From positions 186,001 to 250,000 of the forward strand of contig LN717261.1 in NCBI GenBank assembly GCA_001244265.2: DNA of 64,000 nucleotides, written 5' to 3'. This document shows, piece after piece, positions 43,701 to 55,900 of this stretch. Source of the DNA: Microbotryum violaceum (taxonomy: Eukaryota). The notes under the pieces are model-generated. The model saw only the letters and a list, made by a program, of their open reading frames with translations. It was not told the origin of the DNA and ran no database searches. Within the stretch, counting starts at the first letter, position 1. Each line of letters starts with the position of its first letter. A program made the position numbers and the translations under genes.

Positions 43701-45032
43701 ACAATACTGATAGTCGAATCACGCAAGAAAACAGGCTCTGATTGCGTGAATTGCGGCTCACCATCCCGTGGCAGATCCTCAACGGCTCGGTTTGGTGGAG
43801 TGACCGTCGTGTTGACAGGTATGTGCCAATCTTTCAAAAGCAAAACGCAGGGCAGCATGACTGACCAATTGGACTGTAACACCACAGGGGATCCGAAGCG
43901 ATACCTTCCCGTTATTTCCAAGTCATCGCCTACATAAATCATCGATTTCGTTGATGCTCCGGGAGGGACAGGCAAAACAAAACGTTCTTGTAAGAAACGG
44001 TCCTTGGATTCGGTCAGAGGGAACATACGCTCTTGCCGTTGCATCATCGGGTATTGCTGCACTGCTACTGCCAAAAGGCAGAACGGCACATTCACGGTTC
44101 AAGATCTCGATCGACATTTTTGACGACTTTACATGTAATGTTCCGAAACAAGGACAGCTCGCCGACCATTTTCGGATGTGCGACTTGATCGTCCGGGACG
44201 AGGCACCGATGGAGCACCGTTGATGTTTCCAGCTGGTGGACAGGATGTTGCAAGATGTGCGATCGTCAACAGCTCGGTTTGGTGGACTGACCGTCGTGTT
44301 GGCAGGTGTGTGCCAATCTTTCAAAAGCCAAACGCAGGGCATCATGACTAACTGACCAGTTGGACTGTGACATCACATGGGATCCGAAGCAATGCCTTCC
44401 CGTTATTACCAAGTCATTGCCTGCACAAATCGTCGACGCTTGTATCATGAATGCTGACTTCTGGGGGGAAGTAGAGGTGCTGCATCTCTCTGTAAGTAGC
44501 AGTCCTTGCCTGTTTGACAGGTTGTCTGACTTCCGGCCGAACTGGAAATCTCTCTGCAGTAATGCAAATACTTACTAGCCACTTCCTGCTCTGGACAACA
44601 GTATAACTTCTTCAAGATCACCCTAAAAGTGTGGCCACAGCGAAGTTCCAAGAACCCCTCCGAAGATCGTCAGCGTTGCCAAGATGTGACGTGCGCCTCA
44701 GTCTGCTTCGTGTTTGTTTGACCGCGCATTGGTCCCCCCGGTCGCTGGCGGTGTCTTTGCCGGCAGCTTGTAACGCTTCAGCCATACCTTTCAATGACTG
44801 TGCCATACGGTCGACTCACTCGGAAATAGCCAGAGGCAGATTGAAAGGTGATGGTGGAGGCAAGAGGGAACAAGGGATGGGGATCGCGAGCGGTGTCAGT
44901 GAGTGGGAGGAAGGAAAAGGAGGCTCGCGACGGCGCGTGGACTTGGTAAACAACACGCGGCCGTGGCCTAATGCGAGTCACTTGGCCGTGACGGCGCTTG
45001 CGCCCACGTCCTGGCGAAGGCCCGGTTCGCGC
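40781..45032 (+). mobile_element. Degenerate Helitron (Rep/Pif1 helicase fragments) inserted in the left inverted-repeat arm
   Basis: 5' TCTATATATA; 'HWECE...CCSQGKVQLP', 'RVFGRLYNRLG', 'PLRYPLLFP', 'YQDAMACVVKHGKP', Walker A 'DAPGGTGKT', 'ASSGIAALLL..GRTAHSRFKI' and 'DEAPM'. HUH motifs missing; right boundary uncertain. Confidence 0.85.
43362..44482 (+). repeat. Three copies of an intron-containing Pif1 helicase segment
   Basis: 'GCTCGGTT(T/C)GGTGGA..GACCGTCG...GTGCCAATCTTTCAAAAGC...TTCCCGTTATT' near 43395, 43785 and 44272. Confidence 0.85.
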
Positions 45033-46505
45033 CACCTCTGGCTATACATATAAGCACGCTGAAAAGTGGCGCGCGCAGCGCGCCTCCGACCCTCGCTTCC
45101 GCGCGGCGTAGCCATACATGTTGCCCGCCTACAACCCGGGTTGCTGGATGGCCCGAGGACTAGCGCAACACGGAGGCTGGTGTGGCCTTCAACAAGTTCA
45201 TCTCATGTACGTGCGAGCGGGTAATCCAACAAATGCTGCCATCGTGTATAAAGCATATTCGGAACACTCATCGTCAATTTCTTCTTTAGATTAGTAGCGA
45301 GAAGAAGCTCGATTAGAACATCATTACATCACTACATCATTACATCATTACATCATTAGCAGAGGGGATAAGGTGGCGTTGATGGAGGTGATTAGGTCAC
45401 GTGCCGTCTCACCACGCTGATAGAACGGAGCGAGCCGTAGCGAGCCTGAGCGCGAGTGAGCGACAGCGTTGCCGCTTGACGCGCCGCTATCGATCACAGT
45501 CCTGGTCTTACTATTTTCTGTCCCCTTACGCTTTCAGTCGTATATCTTGATTCGAAGCCAACCGACCATACGATATGTTGCCTCTCCTGTCTGCTCCCGG
45601 CAACGCGTCAGCGTTTGCCGCTCCCACCCGCGGGCGAGGTTGGCGGGCGAAACAGGTGTTGCGTCGTTCGCGCGGTAGTCCACGTCATTTCGGTCGCCGC
45701 CTTTCGACGCTGAATAATACTCGAATGCAGAGCCTCGTCGCTGAGTCGAGCCGCCGCTCATCGGGTCCTTCTACCGTGGACGTGCGCCACACAACCATCG
45801 ATCTCGACGCATTCCGAAGGGAACTTGGCCTGACCCCCGATCCAGCCGCGGAGCAGGCCGAGCGAGACCGCGATGACATGTATGAAAGACGATTGGAAGA
45901 ACTTTGGGTTCACAATCGGAGCAGGAGGTCGAGGAAGAAGATGATGCTGAGCTCGGGATGGCGGCGGAGAGTCAGGCTCGAAAAGGGGTGAAGACTCGGA
46001 CGACCTCGAGATTCTCGACGAGCCCATGGACTAATAGTAGCTAGGGATGGTTTGGCGCATTTGTTGACTGTAGATTGTGGGCTATTGAAGGAATTTACTT
46101 TTTGTATGCGGCCCATATCGCACATGGTGGGATGTGGACGCCAAAGTGCACAAAAGTAAATCGAATGTCAGCCTTAAATCAAGCGTTGACGCGTTGACGA
46201 CCACGATCCCACGAGCCGGTCGCCACGGCCACAGTCGCCGAACGTCAGTGCTTGAAGGTTCTGCTAAGTTCAAGACTGAAAATTGGTGCACATCGGTGCT
46301 GACATTTTCGGGTTCAGGTTTGGGAACGTTGCCAGACCCGTGGGCCCGGGGGCGGGGGGGAGGATTGGTGTTGTTGTAGTTGTTCTGTTCCAACAGCACC
46401 CCAAAGTGGGTCCAGACGCGTTCCGAGTGAACAACGGCACTCACTACTAGTACTAACACGGAGGACCTGAGGTCTTGGGTGCGTGACACTGCACGCCCAC
46501 CGCGC

Positions 46506-47431
46506 GTGTACCCCGAGGGTACGCAGCGGAGGTTGCAGTGGCGGAACACTCGTTGTACAGTGCTTGCGATAATACGTCAGCAAGAATCGATGAAATACGT
46601 CACCGCATACCTTCTTCCGTTGACGTGATAGTTTATGTAGTCAAGTGAGCAGGGATATCGGTCCATCGGCCAAGGACCTTGTACTATAGGGGCTGTGTAC
46701 TCCGGGGTGTGGCCACTCCCGGGAGTACACAGCGGAAGAGTGGACCGGTCCTGCGTGCCCCCGGGGGTACACAGGCGCTTTCCCGCTTGCGCCTTGTGTG
46801 CCCCCGGGGGTACAAAGCCGGTCACCGGTGGCAGATCACTGTATAATAACATATATGATTCTCCAACGGCGGGAGGTTAATCCTTTCGGTAACTTCAGAC
46901 ACATCCTGGACTTTGAGCGGGTGCATGGAAGTTCGTTGTAGGCAGTTTTGCTCTGCTCTGCTCGGTGGTTCGAACGAAGAATTCAGCTTGGGAAGTGCGT
47001 TAGCCTTGCGGGCTTTTCAGAGTGCAAGTCGGATGTAGCAAACAAATGTTTCGTCGGTCTTGTCGCAGGAGATTATTACATTCCGTACCTGCAGACACAT
47101 CCTGAGCTTTGAGCAGGTGCGTGGAAGTTTGTTGTAGTGCAGTTTCGCTCTGCTCGGTGGTTTGAACGAAGAATTCAGCTAGGGAAGTGCGTTGGCCTTG
47201 CGAACTTTTCAGAATGCAACCCGGATGTAGCAAACGAATTTTCATCGATCTCGTCGCAGGAGATTACTCCACTCAGTAACTGCAGACATATCCTGAGCTT
47301 TGAACGGGTGCGTGGAAGTTTGTTGTAGTGCAGTCAGCAAGGGCATTGGCGACGGACCGCGCCTGAGCCGTGGAACCCCGGGAGTACACAGCTGGAGAGG
47401 GCACCGGTCATGTGTACCTCCGGGGGTACAC
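46506..47431. repeat. Cluster of imperfect GTGTACCCCCGGGGGTACAC palindromes flanking a ~195-bp tandem repeat (46896-47331, ~2.3 copies)
   Basis: Palindrome variants at 46506, 46695, 46715, 46753, 46796, 47375 and 47412; 'CAGACA(C/T)ATCCTG' repeat units at 46896, 47092 and 47283. Confidence 0.88.
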
Positions 47432-47578
47432 ACCGCCATGCCGGTTGTACAGTGCTTGTTAAGAGTGTCCTAGAATTGATGAAGCATGTCGTCGCATACC
47501 GCTTCCTCATTTCCGAAGGCGCGGGACTCTGTTGTAGTGTATCTACGCCCTGCCCTAAGGTTTAAAATTGAACAAGAG

Positions 47579-50500
47579 TTTCCGCCTTCGGAGTGCGTTG
47601 TACCCTCGGGGTGAATCATGGTTGCAGTGCAGGATCTCCATTGACACAACATAAAAGCTAGACGGCTACACACGCTCACGGAAAACTCGAGACGGTCATC
47701 GCCTAACCGGTGAATTGACACTCATGGTGCTTCATGTCCCAGTATCCAGGCCGCGCTCCAGCTCGCTCAGGCTGGTCAGCTCGGAGAGGGCGGAGAGATT
47801 GCTTTCGGCCTCCGAGCCGGCTGCTGATCTGTGGTCGGAATGCTGGCCGGTCGCCGAACTGTATTCCGATATCGCGTCCTCCTCTCGTGCCCCTGAGGTC
47901 GACGCGGCACCCTCTCCGCCGGACCCCTTCTTGCGCATCCAACAATACGCGTCCCTCTGTTTGCTCGACAGCGCCAATCACCTGTGGGCACAAATAAGAG
48001 ACTGACGAGCGTGTATTCCAACCGTCTGTTAATTGCATATGATAGTAGCCGTAGTGCTAGATGTACGTACCTGACGAGCGTGTAATCCAACCGTGGAGAG
48101 AAGACAACGGTTGGTGCGCATCGCCAGGCTTCACTAAACAAACGCGCGCTTCTAATCAAATAACCGATAGCCGCCTTCCTGCTAATCCTCATTCACAACA
48201 CGCCAACTCGCCCCTTCACGCGATGAATCTATAAGCCCCATCGCGTGTACAAACTGATAGTGCCTCTGTGTCCCGAGCCCCTTGGTGAGGACGCTCGCAG
48301 CCATGGTGCCCGCGGGCACCCAGACCATCTCGATCGTGCCTTCCGCGATGTGGTCCCGGATGAAGTGAAAGTGGATGCCAATATGTTTGGTACGAGCATG
48401 GAAAGCCGGGTGCTTGGCCAGAGTGATGGCGGACTGGTTGTCACCTCGCAAACGAGTCGGAGCGGTCTGCTCGAAGCCAAGATCCGCAAGCAAACGACGT
48501 AACCAAATCTCCTCGCGAGCGGCGTATGACATGGCCACATACTCGGCCTCGGTACTGGAGAGGGTGACGAGAGTCTGTCGCTTGGCGATCCAAGAGATAG
48601 CCCCACCAGCGCACATGAACACGTAGCCCGAGACGCTCCGGCGAGTGACCGGGTCGGCGCCATGATCAGCATCGACGAATCCCTCCAAGATTGCCGACAT
48701 AGGCTGGAAGGACTTCTGATAGCGGATGCCAAAATTGCGGGTACCGACAAGGTAGCGCAGGATGTGTTTGAGCGCCTCCCAATGCTCCGCCGTGAAGTCG
48801 TTGCAGAAACGAGCAGCCTTTGAAACGGCAAACGCGATATCGGGTCGGGTGGTGCCAGAGAGGTGTAAGAGCTTGCCTACAATGGCGCGATAGGGGATCG
48901 AGGCAGGATCAAAACCGGAGTCAGCGCGATTCCTCAGAGTCGACGGAGCCGCGAGAGGCGTGGGGCGGGGGGAGGCATTGGCCATATGGTGTTCCTCGAG
49001 GATGGCATCGACGAAATGTCCCTGGTTGACAATCGCAGCACCCGTCTTGCCCTCACGACGGATGCTCTGGCCGAGGAAGAAGGAAGCCTCGTCGGTGCTG
49101 CGAGCTTCGAACCGAGCCTTGAGCTGACAGAGCACGCCGTCGAGATCCCCGTCATCCGTGAGCAGACCGTCGTTGACATGAATGGAGAGGAAAGACCGTC
49201 GATCCCCCTCTTTGCAAACGAAAACGGCATGGTCACTGTCGGTGCGGGTGAAGCCAATGGACAGGATCCATTCAGTGAAGACCTTGTACCACTCGCGGCC
49301 CGCCTGAACGAGGCCGTAGAGAGCGCGCTGCAAGCGCACAATATCGCCTCCGGGTAGTCGCATGTAGATCTCGGTCCCACCGAGGTTGCCGTTGAGGTAC
49401 GCAGACGAGACGTCGAACTGGCGGGCCTCCCACTCGTTCTCGACGGCGAGGGCGAGTAACAGTCGATGAGAGGCGGCTCGACCTGTGGGCAAGAACGAAT
49501 TGATATGCATCCCCCGACGTCTTTGCATGTCCCCGCGCGCAACAAGTCGAGCTTTGTACTTGACAATTTGTAGTCAGGCGGACGGCGGGTCCGGGTGGAG
49601 CAATCACCATCGGGCGGTGCGTTTGCCGGGCCAGGGTTCGAAAATGCGAGGGCGGGCGGAACGGGTGGCGGAGCGGCGGCAGCGGGAGCCACGACCGGCG
49701 CTTCGGCGACAGGGGGCGCAGCGGCGGAACCGATGCCGAGCGGCGCGGGCGGGTAAGACAAACCGACCGCAACAGGGATGGCAGGCATGGCAGGGCTCAC
49801 CGCAGCGGGAAAGAAACGGTCCTCAAAGAACCTGGCCTGAGACGACTCAAAGACCTTGTTGCGAACCGGATCAAAGAAGCGCCAGGCCTTGGATCGCGAG
49901 GAGTAGCCAACAAAGTAGCAGAGGCGGGATTGCGGGGCCAGCTTGTTGGTCGAGGCGGGGGCGGCGGGTGTCCGTGACCGGGTCCGAGGGTTCGTGCAGC
50001 ACAGAGTCTGGGGTGCGCTGCTGGAGCGGCGACGAGGGGAGCAGATTTATGACGCAGATCGCGGCGTGCACCGCTTCATCCCAAAGTGCGGGAGGCAGTC
50101 CCGAGCGATGGAGCCAGGCGCAAACGGAGTTGAAGATCGTTCGCCAGCTGCGTTCCTGAACGCCCATCTGGCCGTGCTCGTACGCTGTGGAGAGCTTGTG
50201 GAAAATGCCCCGCGCGGCGAGCCAATCCCGGTGTAAGGCGCGGCTCCACTAGCGCCTCACGACCGCCTCAAGCCACCCTGGGGCCGCGCCAAAACTCGCA
50301 GGCGCTCGTCGTTTGACGGGCTACACCGGCAAACTCACGAATGCCCCTGAAAGCAGCTCCTTTCCTCAGAGCTTCACACGCTCACTGGTCTTTCCCCCAC
50401 TCTCTCTATCTTCTTACACATAAAGTCCTCACGTAAACACTCCTCCCTATCTTAGTCGCGCGGAAATACTGTGCATCTCGAGCAAACGACGCCCAGTGAA

Positions 50501-51759
50501 GGGTTTACCTTCAAGGTAGATGGCGCCAGTCGAACTCATCATGTCGACAGGAGAAATGAGCCAACTGCTCCAAAACAAAGGGGGCCGACCACCCATCGCG
50601 TTGCAGGAACAAAGCCCCCAGAGGGATACGCATCGGAAGTTGACTCGGAAGTGCATGAGGATGAGGACAGTCTGTAAGTCTTGGCAGCTTTGGTCCCGGT
50701 TCCCTCAAAGTCCTCGATATCTAGCCCCTCTGCAGTCTCGGGGCTTTTAATCTCTCCAAAGAGCCGTTCGAGAGACTCCGACGAGGATTCGGCAGACGAG
50801 GGTTACTACGGAGTCGACGACGACAATTCGGACGAGAAATCAATTGACAACATCTTCTCGGCACTACTCCTGGCTCGGAACGACAAGAAGATCCTTGACC
50901 GGCACACGTACGAGCCCTCTCGACAGGACAAAGAGTTATTGAACACGACGCGCGAGGCAATTTTCTCAAACATGATCCTCACGACTGCAGAGCACAACGA
51001 GCTCCGTCTCAGGCCGCTTGTTCTCAATTGTCGCAAGCCGAGGACCGAATGGGAATTTGTACGCAAACTTCCTGTCTTGGAGCTCCCCAAGTTCAGGCTA
51101 CAGAGGTATGTTGAAGCTGCATGCATGCTGCGCTGCGTTTTGTTTCGTCCTGTGAACGACCTAACTTTCATTGGTGCGATCTATTAACAGAAGCATGACT
51201 GGGCTCCACGCAAATATGAACGCTGTCTCGCTGTCGTCGAGCGACCTTACGGTGACGCGCCCTCGTCTACTCATCATCAACATCCGTCGGAGGTGGCAGT
51301 GGGGATCGAATGGCGTCCGGAAGTGCCTGTCACCCTTGAACTAGAATTTCCGCCTTCGGAGTGCGTTGTACCTCGGGGTGAATCATGATTGCAGGGCAGG
51401 ATCTCCATTAACACAACATACAAGCTAAACAGCTACACACGCTCACGGAAAACTCGGGACGGTCATCGCCTAACCGGTGAATTGACACTCATGATGCCTC
51501 ATGTCCCAGTATCCAGGCCGCGCTCCAGCTCGCTCAGGCTGGTCAGCTCGAAGAGGGTGGAGAGGTTGCTTTCGGCCTCCGAACCGGCTGCCGATCCGTG
51601 GTCGGAATGTTGGCCGGTCGCTGAACTGTGTTCCGATATCGCGTCCTCCTCTCGTGCCCCCGAGGTCGACGCAGCGCCCTCACCGCCGGACCCCTTCTTG
51701 CGCATCCAACAATACGCGTCCCTCTGTTCACTCGACAGCGCCAACCACCTGTGGGCACA
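47579..51759. repeat. ~412-bp direct repeat (47579-47991 and 51347-51759) duplicating the 3' end of the HMG-like gene
   Basis: Both copies run TTTCCGCCTTCGGAGTGCG...CACCTGTGGGCACA and give near-identical translations. Confidence 0.92.
47992..50250 (-). mobile_element. Truncated, internally deleted Ty1/copia remnant (second family)
   Basis: Integrase fragment 'ERSWRTIFNSVCAWLHRSGLPPALWDEAV', RT '[11 protein letters not shown]...HVND' (YVDD degenerate), RNase H 'FVDADH...RTKHI'; partial LTR at ~47992-48200. Confidence 0.88.
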
Positions 51760-52945
51760 CTCAGCAATCCAGAAGTCCCAGGTCTTCTTCCTTTCGGGCT
51801 CGAGGTCCGCATCGGTGGGCGGCTTGGGAGGTTTGGGAACGTGGACGAGCACCGTTGTTGCAAATGGTCTGAGCGCTGCTTGCCAGGTGCGATGTTCGCT
51901 TTCTAACTGATCCCGGTAATCGTCCGGGAAACGTTTCCCGAGAAAAGGGCGGTACGCCTTTCGGATCCATCTTAAAAGGCGGTCACTCCCCTCCTGGTCC
52001 TCGTCGGTCCTTACATTGTCCTCAGGGAGGGGGCGTTGGCACTCTTGGCACAGGGGTGAAAGGATTTAACTGAATAGGCGCGATTCCTCATGTTCGGCGG
52101 CAATGTCGACGGGGACGGTGAAGATGCGCGCGAGGATATCGTCGAAGTCTTGGATGCGGGTCCTATACTCCTTCAAAACTCTCGCGCTCCCTCCACCTCT
52201 CTTTCGCTTCTGGTTTTCGTATGCATCGAACAACACGTTCCTCCAATGGATGAGCACGGTCAACAGGCTCCGAGGCAGACGTCCATTCCCTTTGTACCCT
52301 GCCCATTCATCCCAAACAGGCCACATGACGTAGTCGATCTCCTCCCGGACCTCATAGTCAAAATTTTCGACGTCCTCGGGAATTGGGTCTTGACTCATGA
52401 TGTCTTTGGGTTCCATCGCCAGCCGACGCGCCCTTTCCGCCGCCCACTCGTCGTGCCTCGCACGATCCGCTTTCCCCGGCGCCTCCAACATGTCAAGCTT
52501 GGCCTGCAACTGCCGGCGGTATCTTTTCTTTAGGTGGCCAAAACCCTAATCAGATCAGATAAGTACATCAACAAAGGTTTAGCCGAATTCCACATGGTTT
52601 GTTTCTGATCTCCTGGGAAAGCTGTCTAGCACTCACCGCTTGGACCTCACGGTCGGTACCGATCAGCTCAAACGCCGCCTCGTTGCATCTGTACCGACTG
52701 TCGACCGTAGACGAATTGAACGCGCGCTTGTGTATACGAATGATATGTTTTTTCAGGTTTCGTTTGGCCTCATGTGCATGTTCCGGTGCTACAGTTGGTC
52801 CGTCGAGTGACCTGTACCCTTCAGGCAGCTTGTAGTGTTTGTTGCAAAGTTCACAACGGACACGCCATTGGCCGGACTCGTCACGGATGAGATGCGAGTC
52901 GATGTCGAGCCAGGCGCGGTCGCCCTCGGTGGCGCGTGGTGCCAT
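51499..52945 (-). pseudogene. Element-borne gene: C2H2/BED-like zinc finger plus HMG-box-like domain, frameshifted
   Basis: ATG at 52945; 'CELCNKHY...NLKKHIIRIH'; HMG-like 'GVTAF.RW' and 'CAHRWLALSSEQRDAY'. Confidence 0.5.
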
Positions 52946-52998
52946 TTTGGAACTTGGAGTGGGGGTTAGGGGTGAGAGGGAAAGAGCAGTGTCCCAAT

Positions 52999-55900
52999 GT
53001 GTACCCCCGAGGGAGGACCCCGAAAGCCCAGCCGGAGGCGTTTTTTTTTTTTTTTTTTTTTGACATTTTGAGGACCCAAAATCCTGAAAATCGTCGAGGC
53101 GCATTGCAAAAAATTGACATTCTGGGACGAAACACACGTTTCGCCCCGAGGCGCATGCCCAGATTTTGACATTTTCCCGTGAGTCGGCCCAATTTTGGCC
53201 TACTCTGAGCAGCCTTCGGCATGACTCTTGGCCCGTTTGCCTTCGCTTCGAGACGCGATGCTCGCGCTTGAACAAGTCACTAGCCCAAGTCGTATGGACT
53301 TATACCCTCCAACGTCATCTCCCTGGTAATGGCTCGCCCTCCCGACTCGGATCCTCATTCGGTCTTCAAAGCCTGCTTTTTCGGCCCGCCAAACCAGTAT
53401 CGGAATCTCATCGAGCTAGGCGATTGCATGCGCAACACGCCGACGTCAAAGTCAATCTGGTTTCTACCCCTCTGCTCCGACAGCCATTGGGTCCTGGCCC
53501 GCATCAACATGCACAAGCGGACATGGTCTGTGATCAACTCACTCTCCGCCACTCCGATCACCGCGGCTACTCGGACGGCCGTCCTTACGCTATTCAAATT
53601 TCTGAAGCTGGACATCAAAAACGAGTTCCCTCATACTCCTAAGGCGGAACAACAGGAAGACAGCTACTCGTGCGGGCCGGCTACGATCAATGCAGTGGAA
53701 CGGAGGTGCTCGGGATTGGGTCATTCAACGCAGCGAGCGCTCACATGTCACGGCTCCGTCAATTCTGTCGTTTATCCTCTCTGGTTGGTGCTGTCGAGGA
53801 TCCCAAAGAGATCGAATCCATCGTTGCCACGGGAGCAAAATCAAAGGCAAAGTATTGGAGGGGATCCGCTGCCGGAACACTGAGCAGCAAGAGCACGTCG
53901 GCAGAGTCCGGCAAGGCAGCGACAATCAAGCCAACAAATCAACGAGTCGCATCATCCTCAAAAAACCCGCCAACTTCTCGACTTCAAACGACCTTCACCA
54001 AGGTATCGAAGCCGACGAAAGCTCGAGAGCTCCCCCGAGGAGCATACGACGTGGGCTCGCGACCATCCGCCTCTTTTCAGGAGGTTTGCTGAAAAAGTCA
54101 AAGATCTTTGCCCGGGATCGAATGTCGACGTCAACAATCCAAAGTACGTGCGGTGTGGACGTTGTTATGTCTTGGTTCCAATGGCGGCCTTGCTGTGCAA
54201 GGCACGATTTCAATTACATCTCGGCAATAAGAAGTGTGTCAACCTCCAACCCATCAGCAATTTCTTCAGACCTATCGCCTCTGGCTCAACTGCTACCAGC
54301 CCCTCGCTAGGACCGTGCCCCGGCCTTACGTCTGAAACGACGATGCATTATCTTTCATCAACTGCGGCACAGGGTGGCGGGGCCCCTCCTTGACGGACGC
54401 TTTGTTTGCGCCTCTATCCCAAAATTGGTAAACGACCAATGACGGAGCTCGAGAGGAAGGAGGTGGACAAATTGGAAGCGAATGAATGGAAGTGGCGCAA
54501 CGATCATCGAGCACCGCGCATCATCAGTGTGAATTGTCGCAAGTATAGCGCTCGAGATTCGATCAACAAGGACGGACCAAGCTTACCGTGTGAAGAATGC
54601 GCGAGGCTTCCTAAGGATTCATCCTGTCGAGCAGCTCTTCGACGTCAATATGCTGCTGGCGCAACTCGCAAATACACCAACAAGAAATATGTCGCGGGCG
54701 ATACACTTCTCTCGGCCATCTAGCGGCGACATCATGGACTAGAAGAGATCCTGGATGACAACGGTCAAGGGACCGTGTATCTACGATTCGCGCAAGGTGT
54801 GGCCTCAGGAGAATTTGACGGAGCGAACATCTTGGAGGGATTGGTGAAAGCGGCTACAGTCAAGCACGATCGGATGGTCAAGGGCAAATCAATGCGAGGC
54901 TTTGTGCGGTCCGAAGCGCTGCGTGACTTCGAGCAAGCCATGGCGCTGGCGTCTCCGATGGCTCTGAGAGTGCTGCAGGCTACAATCGGCGCATCCACAA
55001 GCCGAAAACTGCAGTGAGTACCGTCATTCTTTCGTTCCTTCAATTCAACCTCATACTGAATGATCGAGGTGCTTGCAGAATGGACGAGCGACATCAGGCA
55101 GGATGCGCCTCGGCCTCGACAAGTCCAACATGGATCGTGTCTGCGCGAAACTCGAAGCAGACGGCCTAACGTTCAATTTGCACGTAGACGACACGAAGTG
55201 TCGATCCAGGATGCGAACCACTCCATACTACTCAGAAGACCTCAGTTTAGAGCGTGAACTACGTACGAAGGGCATATTCCGCCACGAGCTGATCGGATCA
55301 ATTGGTCCGCCACCCATCTACGAAACTCCGAGTGAACTCCCTGATATGTTCAGCGGACCTGACCCCCCGGTTGCTGGAACCAAAGTGAGTGGCAATGATG
55401 CTTTTAAGTTTGTACTTCATTTCCATGAGGCTTTAACATGTGTCGCCTCTTCATTCAGATCCGAGCTTACATGATAGCACCGAACGATGTTGGCTCCCCA
55501 GCACAGGTGTTTGCCGCTTTTGTGATCGGCGAAACTACGAACGCGGAGGACGCGACCAAACAGTTACATTCAGTGATACAAGAATTAATAAAACGTTGCG
55601 TCGCACACCTTCTGGTATCCATCTCCGCAGATGGTGCGGCAAGCGAGGGTGTGCTGCAACGTAATGTTGCCGTCCTTCTGCGCGATCAGGGTGGCGCTGT
55701 TGCTCAAACCGGATCAAGGAACGCGTCATCATACACCCTCCCCTCCCCAGATCCGGACGGAGTGTTTCCTGAGATCACTATATCGACCGTCAACGTCGCG
55801 GGAACGCCGATAGTCTTCTGTCGGGACGGAAAACACCTGGCCAAATGTCTGAGGAACGCTATCGACTCTGGAGCAAGATTGCTGTTCGGTGGTCTCGGAT

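Noticed and set aside
46896-47331. CRISPR-like array
   Set aside because: Eukaryotic context; long whole-unit tandem repeats with no unique spacers and no cas genes.
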